From an uncultured bacterium (GTDB lineage: Bacteria > Patescibacteriota > Minisyncoccia > Phycocordibacterales > PALSA-1337), in assembly GCA_903839725.1 (NCBI GenBank), contig CAIMDG010000001.1:235315-299314 (forward strand): 64,000 nt of DNA, read 5' to 3'. The notes under the pieces are model-generated. The model ran no database searches. It saw only the letters and a list, made by a program, of their open reading frames with translations, and was not told where the DNA came from. Positions 9,432 to 20,283 of this stretch are shown in pieces. The position numbers and the translations under genes are program-made. Each line of letters starts with the position of its first letter. Within the stretch, counting starts at the first letter, position 1.

Positions 9432-10463
9432 TTAAATTAATCTACCTGCAGCAATAACATGTTCCACCAACGTATACGTATACCCCATCTCATTGTCATA
9501 CCACGCCAACACCTTGACCAAATTACCACCAACCACACGAGTCATTTCCAAATCAGCAATAGATGCGTGACGATTGCCAATGATATCATGTGAGACCAAT
9601 GGTTCTTCAGTAACTGTAAAAATATTTCTCCAACGATCCTGAGCTGCGGCTTTTTTGAGAAGAGTGTTAACTTCTTCTGCAGTTGTATCCTTCTTGGAAA
9701 TAAAGGTGATATCAACGATAGAACCGGTAATTACAGGAACTCGGATAGAAATACCATCAAACTTACCTTCGAGTTTCGGCATGATCTTGGTTACCGCTAT
9801 AGCGGCCCCTGTTGATGAAGGCACCATATTTTGTGCTGCAGCACGTCCTTCACGGAGATCTTTCTTCGATGGACCATCAACCAAAGCTTGCGAAGCAGTA
9901 TACGCATGAACCGTATTCAAGAGTGCTTTTTCGATACCAAGTGTCTCATCAAGAATAGCAATGAGTGGACTACCTGCATTCGTAGTACAAGAAGCATTTG
10001 AAGACACTTTGCATGTTTCGAGCTTGTCTTCATTCATAGACATGAGGATAGTCTCACTCTTTACCACAGCATCCGGAGCATCCTTGGTTGGAGCTGAAAC
10101 AACGACACGCTTTGCACCAGCGGTAATGTGAGCTTGAGCTTTATCTCCAGAAGTAAATAAACCAGTTGACTCGACTACAACATCAATGTCCATAGCTTTC
10201 CATGGAAGTTTGGTTGGATCCTTTTCACTCGTGAATTGAACTTCTGCCCCATCGATAATAAGAGAATGATTCTTTTCATTGATTGAAATATCAAATGAGC
10301 TCACACCATATGCAGTATCGTATTTGAGCAAATATGCCAAACTTTCGAGGCTTCCGAGGTCATTCACTGCAACGATCTCTATTTCATTACGCTGACGAGC
10401 AACTTTAAGGAATGCGCGACCGATACGACCAAACCCATTGATTGCTACACGTGTTTTTTTCAT
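9432..10463 (-). CDS. gap: Glyceraldehyde-3-phosphate dehydrogenase
   Basis: INGFGRIGR, SNASCTTN active site and WYDNE. Confidence 0.99.
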   Translation of the reverse strand: MKKTRVAINGFGRIGRAFLKVARQRNEIEIVAVNDLGSLESLAYLLKYDTAYGVSSFDISINEKNHSLIIDGAEVQFTSEKDPTKLPWKAMDIDVVVESTGLFTSGDKAQAHITAGAKRVVVSAPTKDAPDAVVKSETILMSMNEDKLETCKVSSNASCTTNAGSPLIAILDETLGIEKALLNTVHAYTASQALVDGPSKKDLREGRAAAQNMVPSSTGAAIAVTKIMPKLEGKFDGISIRVPVITGSIVDITFISKKDTTAEEVNTLLKKAAAQDRWRNIFTVTEEPLVSHDIIGNRHASIADLEMTRVVGGNLVKVLAWYDNEMGYTYTLVEHVIAAGRLI

Positions 10464-10626
10464 ATAAAGATAATATTAGGCTAGTGGGTATATTTTAGCA
10501 TATGATTGCGACAAATAGCGCATCCTCAGTTATAGACAGTCTGCCCCTATATTTCTATAAGAAAGGTGCTAGACTAGATTTCGGATCGGTCTGGAATGGT
10601 TCCAGTACCAATACTCTTCAAAATCT

Positions 10627-11067
10627 ATGTCAAAAAAGTTTGTCTCTCACCAAACGGACATTGTTGAAACGGTGCTCAAAAGACTCAAAAATATTTGGGC
10701 ACAGAGTAAATCTCTTCGACTGGTTCATTACCAACGAATTTCCAACAAAACAGTTGGGCTCGAAGGTATCAATCGAGCATTCGACATCAAACTTGCCGGT
10801 GGACAAAGGCTCAAACTTGCTGTTCTTGATTCCTGGAATCAACACGACGATTTATTGAGACAATGCAAGGCGCGTGACGAATTTATTCCGCTCCTCGTTG
10901 ACACGGGTCACGAAAAAGAAGAGACGCTAATTGAGATGCTACTCGCTTTGTTTCGCAGTGCGGCCAAATTCATCAAACGCCACATTCGTAAGCATCGCCA
11001 CGTTCGTCCAGGACGTTCGACGGACAACTACATCCAACAGAATCATGCGCCATGCATGGCACACTGA
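10627..11067 (+). CDS. Hypothetical protein
   Basis: 146-aa ORF filling the gap between gap and pyrD; no motif recognised. Confidence 0.5.
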   Translation: MSKKFVSHQTDIVETVLKRLKNIWAQSKSLRLVHYQRISNKTVGLEGINRAFDIKLAGGQRLKLAVLDSWNQHDDLLRQCKARDEFIPLLVDTGHEKEETLIEMLLALFRSAAKFIKRHIRKHRHVRPGRSTDNYIQQNHAPCMAH

Positions 11068-11136
11068 CACTTTCACCAAAAACCAAAGCGGGCCCTTCAC
11101 AGAGTGCGCTTTTTCATATCAATAGTTATATAAAAT

Positions 11137-12192
11137 CTACTTTTTTTTCGAATAACTCTGCGCCAATTTCTTCACCAATCCTGGACCTTCGAAGATCATT
11201 CCTGAAATAAGCTGTACCAGATCAGCGCCAGCATCAAACTTTTCTTTGGCGGTTTCTGGCGACATCACACCACCGACTCCAATAATAGTGAGGGATTTTC
11301 CATATACTTCACGAGTCTTGTAAATCAAATCTGTTGAAAGGTGCGTACAAGGCTTACCAGAAAGACCACCCTTATATGCAACGGGTGCTTCTTCGCGAAC
11401 ATCGAGCCATGAATAATCTTTATTGAGATTTCCAATCACTACCCCTTTCAATTTGTGAGCAACAATCACTTTTAGTAGAGCATTGAAATTATCCCACGGT
11501 AAATTGATCGGCATTTTTATATATACCGGCTTCGAACATGGAATGGTTGCAAGTGCGGATAGCAAACGCTCCAATAATTGAGGTTCAGAAAATGATTCAC
11601 CACCAAATGCATTTGGGCATGAAATATTGATCGTATAATAATCTCCGACTCCCTCTTCATTCAAGCGCTTGAATGAATATACGTAATCCTCTATACCAGC
11701 TTGAATCGGCACAGATTGTGCATCATTGGTGCGAGCAATCGAAACTCCTACAACAAAACTTCGTTTCTTTGTGCTATGTACACCTCTACGCTTGAGTCTT
11801 GCAATAATTGCATCAACACCTTCATTTCTTAATCCCTTATTCACCAAAATACTTTTTGATTCAAGTAATCGAGTCAAACGTGGCTTGGCATTACCTTCGC
11901 ATGCACGTGCAGTAACGGAACCAACCTCTTCACCGCCGAAACCGATATGTGACAATATGCGACTCAATCGGCCGTTATAATCAAAGCCAGCAGAAAGTAA
12001 GAATGGCGTGCGATATGTAATACCATCAATTGTCTTCGAAATATCACGGCCATGATACCCATATACGAAACCGATCAAGCCCCGAGTTACTGGGTTAGTA
12101 CCAAAAAATTCACCACACGAAACAAAAAAATCATGTACAACCTCTGGGTCAAATTTAAATAGAAGCGGTTTGAGGAAATGTGTATACAACAT
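11137..12192 (-). CDS. pyrD: Dihydroorotate dehydrogenase (quinone-dependent, class 2-like)
   Basis: DPEVVH, SAGFD, GNAKPRLTRL, NISCPN, GGLSGKP, IIGVGGV and GADLVQL. Confidence 0.93.
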   Translation of the reverse strand: MLYTHFLKPLLFKFDPEVVHDFFVSCGEFFGTNPVTRGLIGFVYGYHGRDISKTIDGITYRTPFLLSAGFDYNGRLSRILSHIGFGGEEVGSVTARACEGNAKPRLTRLLESKSILVNKGLRNEGVDAIIARLKRRGVHSTKKRSFVVGVSIARTNDAQSVPIQAGIEDYVYSFKRLNEEGVGDYYTINISCPNAFGGESFSEPQLLERLLSALATIPCSKPVYIKMPINLPWDNFNALLKVIVAHKLKGVVIGNLNKDYSWLDVREEAPVAYKGGLSGKPCTHLSTDLIYKTREVYGKSLTIIGVGGVMSPETAKEKFDAGADLVQLISGMIFEGPGLVKKLAQSYSKKK

Positions 12193-12249
12193 ATGTCGAT
12201 ATAATATATCATATAAATGCGTTATACTATGTCACATATCTACTAATTT

Positions 12250-12861
12250 ATGGATCAACTGCCTAACATCGCCAATTGGATTATTCATTTTGGAACAGCT
12301 CATGAATACCTCGTCTATCTCCTCATAGTTGTTGTGGCCTGTGCCGAAGGACCATGGATCTCATTGATTCTCGGTGTTTTGCTTCGACTAGGATTCTTCT
12401 ACTTCTGGCCAATATACATAGCACTCATGCTTGGTGATCTTATCGGTGATGTTATCTGGTATTACATTGGGAGAAGATACGGACATTCATTTATTGGTAA
12501 ACATGGGCATCGTTTCAGTATTACGGAAGCAGGAGTTGAACGTATGACTCATTTGTTCCACAAACACAAAGATGTTGTATTATTCCTCTCAAAGATTTCA
12601 AACGGTCTTGGTTTTGCTATTGTCACTCTCATGACTGCAGGAATGATCAAAGTACCTTTTGGTAGATATATTCTGGTCAACATGATTGGACAACTCGCTT
12701 GGACCGGATTCTTACTCGGTGCTGGTTACTTCTTTAGTAATCTATACATAACGATTGACAATGTACTTGGTAAAATATCAATTACCGCGGTTATTATAAT
12801 TCTCGTCTATTTCGGCTATAAATACTTCAAAACACTTAAAGCTAAAGCTCAAAATTTGTAA
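12250..12861 (+). CDS. DedA/VTT-family membrane protein
   Basis: GDLIGDVIWYYIGR motif and multiple transmembrane segments. Confidence 0.88.
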   Translation: MDQLPNIANWIIHFGTAHEYLVYLLIVVVACAEGPWISLILGVLLRLGFFYFWPIYIALMLGDLIGDVIWYYIGRRYGHSFIGKHGHRFSITEAGVERMTHLFHKHKDVVLFLSKISNGLGFAIVTLMTAGMIKVPFGRYILVNMIGQLAWTGFLLGAGYFFSNLYITIDNVLGKISITAVIIILVYFGYKYFKTLKAKAQNL

Positions 12862-12870
12862 TTCACTTAT

Positions 12871-13584
12871 ATGATCTCTATTATTATTCCTACATATAAC
12901 GAAGAGAAGTACATTGAAAAAAGTCTTGCGTGCTTTAAAGAAAAAATGACTATTCCTCATGAAATAATTATTTGTGATGATAGAAGTACAGACGCAACAG
13001 CTGAAATTGCGAGAGAATATACTGACAAAGTCATTGTAGCTGACATAAAACATCCAACAATAGCCGCGAATCGAAACGCTGGAGCAACATCTGCTCGTGG
13101 TGACATATTCGTCTTCATGGACGGAGATAGCTTCATCGAAAACCCTGATGTATTTTTCACACGTGCACTTCATCATTTTGATGATCCTAAAATTGTGGCT
13201 GTAACTGGGGCACTCAACATTTTTCCACACGTAAAAACATCGAGTGACATTGTTATGTATGCAATTTTTAATTTTGTACACTACGTAAAAAATAATATAT
13301 TACATAGTGGTGAATCATCTGGAAAATTTCAAATGATACGTAAAAGTGCTTTTGAAAAAGTAGGAGGCTTTCCTGACCTAGTTACTCGTGAAGATGCTCT
13401 TATGTTCAAAAAATTAGCAAAAATTGGCCGAACAGTGTATGACAATAATCTTGTAATTCTTCACAACGGAAGACGTGCACACAAGTATGGATGGCCAAAA
13501 TTATTGAGTATTTGGGTAGTGGAAACTCTCTGGGTAGCGTTCTTCAAGAAAACCTTAATTAAAGAATGGACCGCAGTCCGATAA
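12871..13584 (+). CDS. Glycosyltransferase family 2
   Basis: SIIIPTYNEE, DDRSTD, RNAGA, FMDGD and GGF..ED. Confidence 0.92.
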   Translation: MISIIIPTYNEEKYIEKSLACFKEKMTIPHEIIICDDRSTDATAEIAREYTDKVIVADIKHPTIAANRNAGATSARGDIFVFMDGDSFIENPDVFFTRALHHFDDPKIVAVTGALNIFPHVKTSSDIVMYAIFNFVHYVKNNILHSGESSGKFQMIRKSAFEKVGGFPDLVTREDALMFKKLAKIGRTVYDNNLVILHNGRRAHKYGWPKLLSIWVVETLWVAFFKKTLIKEWTAVR

Positions 13585-13591
13585 TACATAT

Positions 13592-14290
13592 ATGAAAGCC
13601 TCTGTCGTCATTCCTGCACATAATGAAGAACAAAATCTAGCTCACACTATTCGAGCAGTTTTGGCACAAGACTACCCAAACTTTGAGGTTATTGTAGTAA
13701 ACAATGCAAGTATAGATGCAACTGAATCAATTGCACGTTCATTCCCTGTCATCGTAGTAAATGAGACTCGAAAAGGCTTGCTATGGGCACGTGAAGCAGG
13801 CCGAATAGCTGCCACGGGAGATATTATCATCAATATTGATGCGGACTGTCTCCCTGAAACAGATTGGCTCTCTCGAGGAATGGCACATTTCAAGAAAGAT
13901 CACATTGTCGCAGTAACTGGGCCATACGACTATCATGATGGCGGATTCTTTTTCAGGAATAGTTCACTGATCACTCAAAAATACATATATAAATTGATGA
14001 GTCTTGCATTGCAAGCTCCTGGTATCAAAAAAGGTGCAGTACTTATTGGTGGCAATAATTTCATACGCTCACATGTCTTGAACAAAGCTGGTGGCTATAC
14101 CACATCGATCCTTTTCTATGGAGAAGATACTGACACTGCAAAGAAGATCGCAGAGCACGGTAAAGTTGTATTCAATCCATCACTTCACATGAAGACCTCG
14201 GCTCGAAGATTCAAATCAGAAGGTACTATCCATCTGATGCTCAAATATTGGTATCATTTCTTCAAAACAATATTTGGTAACAAAAAATAA
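13592..14290 (+). CDS. Glycosyltransferase family 2
   Basis: VVIPAHNEE, NNASID, IDAD, YGED and TSARR. Confidence 0.92.
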   Translation: MKASVVIPAHNEEQNLAHTIRAVLAQDYPNFEVIVVNNASIDATESIARSFPVIVVNETRKGLLWAREAGRIAATGDIIINIDADCLPETDWLSRGMAHFKKDHIVAVTGPYDYHDGGFFFRNSSLITQKYIYKLMSLALQAPGIKKGAVLIGGNNFIRSHVLNKAGGYTTSILFYGEDTDTAKKIAEHGKVVFNPSLHMKTSARRFKSEGTIHLMLKYWYHFFKTIFGNKK

Positions 14291-14329
14291 AACCGCTTTC
14301 CGCGGTTTTATTTACTATATGTAGACTAT

Positions 14330-15139
14330 CTATTTTTTTGTTGAAGAAGCCATGCTTGTTGATTCAACTGGAGCAGTAATTCCTTTCAGATTATTCTTGA
14401 TGATCTCAATATCTTTGCGTGCGGCGACCAAATCTTGTTGTGCGGCTTGGATCTTTGTTCTTGCATCCTGCAATGCCGTCTTATTTGCATACAATGTACC
14501 TCTATCCTTTATTTCGGAGGTGAGTTTCGTAACAATATCAGTTGCCGCATTCGCTTGAGTTGTTGCATCAGCCAATTTTGCTTTGAAATCAGAAAGGGTT
14601 GATTGCAAACTACTCTTACCAGCAATGCGACTTTCAAGTTTTACTCCTATAGCATTCATCATTGAGACAACTGTTCCTACACGATCAGCTGCGGCGAGAA
14701 CTTGAATCTTGGGAACAACGAGAGCAAAAATTCGAGTTGAAATGAGTGATTCTGACGCATCTTGATTTGATGTGGAAGTCGAAGTTGTAGTGGACATCTT
14801 CGTCTTGAATGAATCAAGAACAGTCATGTCATTCTGCAATTCAGTGATCAAAGAGGTTCTATTGGCATCAGAAATATTTTTCATATTCTGAATGCGTAAA
14901 ATGAGTGCCTGTATGCCCGCTTTACGAGCATCAACAGTGCTCGCTTCACGTTCCTGTGTTTTCTCGATACGCTGTATAGTAGTTGTTGCCACTACTGACC
15001 GTTCACTATTACTTACATTTACTGATTCGGACTTCATCCCTTTGACAGGCGTTGCGGCTTGAGAAAATGCAGGAATCAATATTGATGCAATGGCGACACT
15101 GGTAACTATTGTTGTAACACTTTTTGTATAGAATTTCAT
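14330..15139 (-). CDS. Secreted coiled-coil protein
   Basis: N-terminal signal peptide (..PAFSQA) and a heptad-rich body. Confidence 0.7.
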   Translation of the reverse strand: MKFYTKSVTTIVTSVAIASILIPAFSQAATPVKGMKSESVNVSNSERSVVATTTIQRIEKTQEREASTVDARKAGIQALILRIQNMKNISDANRTSLITELQNDMTVLDSFKTKMSTTTSTSTSNQDASESLISTRIFALVVPKIQVLAAADRVGTVVSMMNAIGVKLESRIAGKSSLQSTLSDFKAKLADATTQANAATDIVTKLTSEIKDRGTLYANKTALQDARTKIQAAQQDLVAARKDIEIIKNNLKGITAPVESTSMASSTKK

Positions 15140-15161
15140 AGAATGTGTATTAGACTGATAA

Positions 15162-15422
15162 TTATTGGATGGCCTGACTTACATTCGAAGCATCAATATT
15201 GAGACGATTTAGCTGAGCATCGATAGCAGTCGTATCTTGATCAAGTCCTTGATTTGATGAATTCGCCGCTGAACTCATAGCAGGTACATCTTTATCAAAT
15301 GTATTCTGATGGTTTGAAATTGCAGGAACAACATTACTTGGACTCATGAAAGCGATGATTGCGAGAACGATTACAATCACAACTACTACAACACTTATGA
15401 TTATTTTTGTATTTTTAGACAT
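15162..15422 (-). CDS. Small membrane-anchored protein
   Basis: Hydrophobic N-terminal anchor; co-oriented upstream of the 14330-15139 gene. Confidence 0.65.
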   Translation of the reverse strand: MSKNTKIIISVVVVVIVIVLAIIAFMSPSNVVPAISNHQNTFDKDVPAMSSAANSSNQGLDQDTTAIDAQLNRLNIDASNVSQAIQ

Positions 15423-15491
15423 AGAGATATGTAAACTACTAATAAATTATGTAGGATAATTATATCACCTATAGAGAATCTCGACTATACA

Positions 15492-15521
15492 ACAAAAAAG
15501 GCATTGAAATGCCTTTTTTGT
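15492..15521. terminator. Intrinsic terminator after the DEAD-box helicase
   Basis: ACAAAAAAGGCATT-GA-AATGCCTTTTTTGT. Confidence 0.75.
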
Positions 15522-15541
15522 ACAATGTTTGAATAATTGTA

Positions 15542-16963
15542 TTAAACGAATGTAAGTGCCTTACCTGTCTTATTCGCACGGCCGGTACGACCAATACGGT
15601 GAACATAGTCATCATATGTCGCAGGAAGATCATAGTTGATCACATGACTCACACCTGAAATATCGAGACCGCGAGCAGCCACATCTGTAGCCACAAGAAT
15701 CTTTGAATGATGGTCTTTGAAAAGCTTCAATGCTTTCTGGCGTTGACCATGACTCTTATTACCGTGAATGGATTCAGCAGCAAACCCACGTGAACGAAGT
15801 GTCTCTGAGAGACGCTCCACGCCGTGTTTTGTTTTACCAAAAATGATAACTTTGTCGAATTCTGGTTTTGCGAGAAGTTCATACAACACATCATTCTTGG
15901 TCTTTCCGCCAGGGACGCGAATAATATCTTGATCGATACGATCAGATGTATCCTGTGTTTTTACAGAAATAGATACTGGAGTTTTCAAGAATTCAGAAAT
16001 CAATGTTTTGATCTCATCTGACATTGTCGCTGAGAAAAAGAGTGTGTGCTTTTCCTTTGGCATACGAGATACCATGTAACGAATATCTGCAATGAATCCC
16101 ATATCAAGCATACGATCAGCTTCATCGAGAACGATGGTGCTGTATTCTGCAAGACGGATCTTATTGCGCTCTATAAGGTCACGCAAACGACCCGGAGTTC
16201 CAATTACTACATTGAATGAACGTGAAAGAGCGGCCATTTGAGGACCAATACTTGCACCACCGACACAACAGACTGCCCACATACCGAGATGAGGAGCAAA
16301 GCCCTTGAATTCTGTTTCAATCTGGATTGCCAATTCACGAGTAGGAACAACAACGATAATCTTTTGTTTTGGGTTCGCAAGTAATTTGTTTATAAGTGGA
16401 ATGAGAAATGCTGCTGTCTTACCTGTTCCAGTATTTGCAATGCCAACAACATCTGATCCGCGGAGAATGTGAGGAATGATCTTATCTTGAATCGGTGTTG
16501 GTACGAGATATCCACGACCAAGAATATTTTTCTTGAGACGTTCATCGATCATGAAATCTGTAAATTTGTGTTCAGGTACGAATACTTCTGACTGTTCAGT
16601 AATAACAGCTTTCTTGATAAATTTAGAAATATCAATACGTTGAGAGAAGCCTCCACGACCTCCGCGCGAACCTCCTCCACGACCACCACTAAAACCACCA
16701 CGATTGTATGATGGCTTTGAATGAGATGCGCCTTTATATCCACTTGAAGATGGACGATCTCCATGAGATCCGGTACTGCTACGACCCTTATAGCCACCTG
16801 TATGAGGCTTAGAAAAACGACTTGGGGCTGAAGCTCCAGGGGTTGATATAGAATTGAATTTTCGTGCTGCGAATGGGCGTGAATGAGCGGAGCTACGAGC
16901 TACGGTATTTTTATGCCCAAGATACTTACCGCCAGAAACTGGCTTATGGTGTTTGTGTTCCAT
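15542..16963 (-). CDS. DEAD-box RNA helicase (RhlE-like) with an RGG-rich N-terminus
   Basis: PTPIQ, TGTGKT, PTRELA, DEADRMLDMGF, SAT and HRIGRTGR. Confidence 0.96.
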   Translation of the reverse strand: MEHKHHKPVSGGKYLGHKNTVARSSAHSRPFAARKFNSISTPGASAPSRFSKPHTGGYKGRSSTGSHGDRPSSSGYKGASHSKPSYNRGGFSGGRGGGSRGGRGGFSQRIDISKFIKKAVITEQSEVFVPEHKFTDFMIDERLKKNILGRGYLVPTPIQDKIIPHILRGSDVVGIANTGTGKTAAFLIPLINKLLANPKQKIIVVVPTRELAIQIETEFKGFAPHLGMWAVCCVGGASIGPQMAALSRSFNVVIGTPGRLRDLIERNKIRLAEYSTIVLDEADRMLDMGFIADIRYMVSRMPKEKHTLFFSATMSDEIKTLISEFLKTPVSISVKTQDTSDRIDQDIIRVPGGKTKNDVLYELLAKPEFDKVIIFGKTKHGVERLSETLRSRGFAAESIHGNKSHGQRQKALKLFKDHHSKILVATDVAARGLDISGVSHVINYDLPATYDDYVHRIGRTGRANKTGKALTFV

Positions 16964-17190
16964 TATATTATTGTAGGGCGCATATAGCGGCCCAATTACT
17001 GTCTTTATCCCCCGAGACGGCCTATTTCAAAGACAGTAAGGAGATTCTTATTAAGACTAGAATTATATACTATCTGTTTGAAAAAGTCAAATATGATATC
17101 TGCATGGTATTCAAAATTATGCTTGACATACAGCACTACTCGCTATACATTTCTAAATGACAGCACAAACCCTTAACCACATATTTAGAT

Positions 17191-17358
17191 ATGAATACAG
17201 AAGACCACGAAGATCAGATGCGTAAACGTCGTTTTTACCTCTTCATCGCCACCATTATTTTGATGTTTATTTTGGCGACAACGATTAGCAACATCGGCAA
17301 AAAAGGCAACTTCAATGACGGCGTGAGCACTGTTCAAACCAACGCGCCGGCCAAATAA
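17191..17358 (+). CDS. Small single-TM protein (55 aa; not in the ORF track)
   Basis: MNTEDHEDQMRKRRFYLFIATIILMFILATTISNIGKKGNFNDGVSTVQTNAPAK*, followed by a hairpin with a T tract at about 17380-17409. Confidence 0.6.
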   Translation: MNTEDHEDQMRKRRFYLFIATIILMFILATTISNIGKKGNFNDGVSTVQTNAPAK

Positions 17359-17453
17359 TTCTAGCCACCATCAACCCCTGCACTCCGCCCTTCGCGGAGC
17401 GCTTTTTTTCTACAAACTAGATAATCAACAAACTTATAGGATATAATTCACAC

Positions 17454-18179
17454 ATGATTGACCTTATATCCTGTACAAGCAAGCAAGAAGCTTCATTTCT
17501 AGCTAGTATGGAATTAAGTTCCCTACTTGGTGAACTGAAGAAAAATCAACAACCAACCTTACTACTTCTATCTGGAGGATCAGCTTTTTCACTCACTGAA
17601 ACTATAGATGGAAGTGCGCTTGGAAATCACATGACAATCGGTGTCCTGGATGAACGCTATAGTGCAGATCCAGCGATAAACAATTTTAGCCAACTCATCA
17701 CAACAAAACTCTACACGGCAGGAGTTGCTACTGGTTGCTCTTTTATTGATACTCGAATACAACACAACGAATCGCAACAAGAACTATCAGTACGATTCGG
17801 CACAGCTCTCAAAGAATGGAGAAAAGCATATCCACAAGGAACAATACTTATTACACAAGGCATTGGACCAGATGGTCATACTTCAGGAGTACTTCCATTC
17901 CCTGAAAATCCCGTCCTATTCAAGACATTGTTTGAAAATTCTGATTCATGGACCGCTGCATATGATGCGACTGGAAAGAACCAGTACGCACTGCGTGTGA
18001 CGACCACACTTTCATTTCTCAAAGAAGTTACTGCTTCAATTGTATTTGTATGTGGAACAGACAAGACCGAGGCTCTCAAAAAGGCTCTCAACCCAGAAAG
18101 TGTACCCGAAATTACTCCCGCACGAATCATTCAGGACATGAAGCACGTCTCTATCTTTACAGATATCAAACTTCAATAG
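17454..18179 (+). CDS. pgl: 6-phosphogluconolactonase (glucosamine-6P isomerase fold)
   Basis: LLSGGS, LDERY, GIGPDGHTSG and RVTTT; adjacent to gnd. Confidence 0.8.
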   Translation: MIDLISCTSKQEASFLASMELSSLLGELKKNQQPTLLLLSGGSAFSLTETIDGSALGNHMTIGVLDERYSADPAINNFSQLITTKLYTAGVATGCSFIDTRIQHNESQQELSVRFGTALKEWRKAYPQGTILITQGIGPDGHTSGVLPFPENPVLFKTLFENSDSWTAAYDATGKNQYALRVTTTLSFLKEVTASIVFVCGTDKTEALKKALNPESVPEITPARIIQDMKHVSIFTDIKLQ

Positions 18180-18209
18180 ATACTAAATTTGAGAGTGGAA
18201 GTTTTCTAA

Positions 18210-19169
18210 CTACTTTTTACTTGTACCTTTTACCTTTTTACTTGACCCTCCGTGAATCGCATGTCCCCCAAACTGCTTGCGAAGAAGTGCAACTATTTTA
18301 TTTGAATATTTTTGCTGATTCTTTGGATCCACTGATTCAGTTCTTACTTTGAGAGAATCTTCGATGACACGAACATCAATACCAAATTCTTTGGCAGTTT
18401 TAATAGTCCACTCAGCTTCCCCATTTGAATCAATTTTTCCTGATGTATTCTTGATATCTTCGTCAGCAAAAATATTTGCACAGAGGTCTATAAGCCATGA
18501 ACGTACAACAGATCCCTTTTGATAGACACGTGTTACATCAGCCAAGTTGAGCTTGAATGGACTCGCTTCGAGTACCGCATATCCTTCACCAATAGCTTCC
18601 ATCATGCCGTATTCGATACCATTGTGGACCATCTTGGTGAAGTGACCGGCACCCGTTGTACCAAGATATGCGTAGTTATCACCTGCAGAAAGCGCCTTGA
18701 ATATTGGCTCAACGATAGGCCACTTTGCTTTGGGGCCGCCGATCATCAGTGCAAAACCATTCTTCTCACCCCATACGCCGCCTGATGTACCAGAATCAAA
18801 GAAATGAATACCTCTCTTGGCGAGAAGTGCTCCACGACGAACTGACTCCTTGTAATATGAATTACCTCCATCAATCACAATGTCACCTTTCTTGAGATAT
18901 TTACCGAGATATTCTTTTCCAAAGATAAATTCCTCAGTGAAAGCATGTGGAAGCATAACCCAGAATATTCGTGGACTCTGTGAGTGCATCTTCACCGCTT
19001 CATCCAAATCTGACGTTGCCCAAATTCCTAACTTTTTCATTTCAGTCACAGGTTCAGCCGAACGATTCCAAGCATGAACTGCAAAATCAGCTTTATGTAA
19101 TCTGCGAGCAATCTGTGCGCCCATGCGACCAAGACCAAAAATGGTAATTGAAGGGTGTGTGTTTTTCAT
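18210..19169 (-). CDS. gnd: 6-phosphogluconate dehydrogenase (short, YqeC-type)
   Basis: GLGRMG, IDGGNS, SGGVWG, KMVHNGIEYG and RKQFGGH. Confidence 0.96.
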   Translation of the reverse strand: MKNTHPSITIFGLGRMGAQIARRLHKADFAVHAWNRSAEPVTEMKKLGIWATSDLDEAVKMHSQSPRIFWVMLPHAFTEEFIFGKEYLGKYLKKGDIVIDGGNSYYKESVRRGALLAKRGIHFFDSGTSGGVWGEKNGFALMIGGPKAKWPIVEPIFKALSAGDNYAYLGTTGAGHFTKMVHNGIEYGMMEAIGEGYAVLEASPFKLNLADVTRVYQKGSVVRSWLIDLCANIFADEDIKNTSGKIDSNGEAEWTIKTAKEFGIDVRVIEDSLKVRTESVDPKNQQKYSNKIVALLRKQFGGHAIHGGSSKKVKGTSKK

Positions 19170-19403
19170 GAGATTTAGTATATATCATTATGTCTATTTA
19201 TCCACCATTTTCAAAATTATCAATACATTCTGGATACACGCAATTAGAGCTCGGAATTACTTTATTATAGTTATAGTAATAGACAGCAATAATAGAGATT
19301 ATCACAACAAAAATTACGATCCCTAATATTATTTTTTTGAATTTCATACATATATTATACTACTAACAAAAAAGCTCGTCACCCAATGAGTGACGAGCAC
19401 GAA

Positions 19404-19994
19404 CTATGAACCCTGATACTTCCGCCAATATGGCAACCAATCAGACTTGAAGAGACCGAGAATGATCTCGTCCCAATATCGACCATTTACGAAACGATGA
19501 CGACGAAGTCGGCCTTCGACACGATATCCGCAGTGGAGACTATACGCCAAACTGCGTTCATTGAATGCATAGACGTGCGACACCAACTTACGGAGATTGA
19601 GATCATTGAATGCATAGTTGAGAAGTGCCATCTTGGCATCTGTCCCGAATCCTTTGCCCCAATATTCTTTTTCTCCGATGATAGCCCCTGTCGTGGCAAT
19701 GCGATGTTTCCAATCAATACGATGTAACCCAATATTACCAATTAGTTTTCCTTTGACTTCGATGCCGAGCACAATATCGGTTTGAGACCTCTTTTCCAGA
19801 GATTGAACCCAATTGCGCTCAGCACTCTCATTCAAGGGAACTGAGTTTTTGATGAACTGACGAACTTGCGGATCATTGATCCAACGAGTTAGTTGCGACA
19901 CATCATTTTCTGAAAGAGGCCTGAGAATGACTCTCTTGCCTTTCAGAAATATGACTGGCTGTTGCGGTTGAACTGCAGGCTTGTGTGTTTTCAT
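19404..19994 (-). CDS. GNAT acetyltransferase, RimJ/RimL family
   Basis: LKGKRVILRPL, YWGKGFGT, NERS and EGRLR; start moved to MKTHKP. Confidence 0.9.
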   Translation of the reverse strand: MKTHKPAVQPQQPVIFLKGKRVILRPLSENDVSQLTRWINDPQVRQFIKNSVPLNESAERNWVQSLEKRSQTDIVLGIEVKGKLIGNIGLHRIDWKHRIATTGAIIGEKEYWGKGFGTDAKMALLNYAFNDLNLRKLVSHVYAFNERSLAYSLHCGYRVEGRLRRHRFVNGRYWDEIILGLFKSDWLPYWRKYQGS

Positions 19995-20283
19995 AGGTGT
20001 ATGTGGCTGTAATGAACTAATTATTTTGCTGGTTATATCCAGACTGTTTGAAAATATGGGAAACAAAAATCCCGACTTCCATCCAGTCGGGATTTTTCTA
20101 AAGGAGGAATTGGATTTATACCAACGTGTACATAGAAATATCACGACTAGAAGCAAGCATCTGCGTATCGGCAGACACGAGGATATAACCGGTGTTGAAT
20201 ACCGGGTTACATCTCTTATTCATGATATGAATATGTTTATTCATAGATATAATCGTACATTGGCAAGATACTTGTGTCAATAT

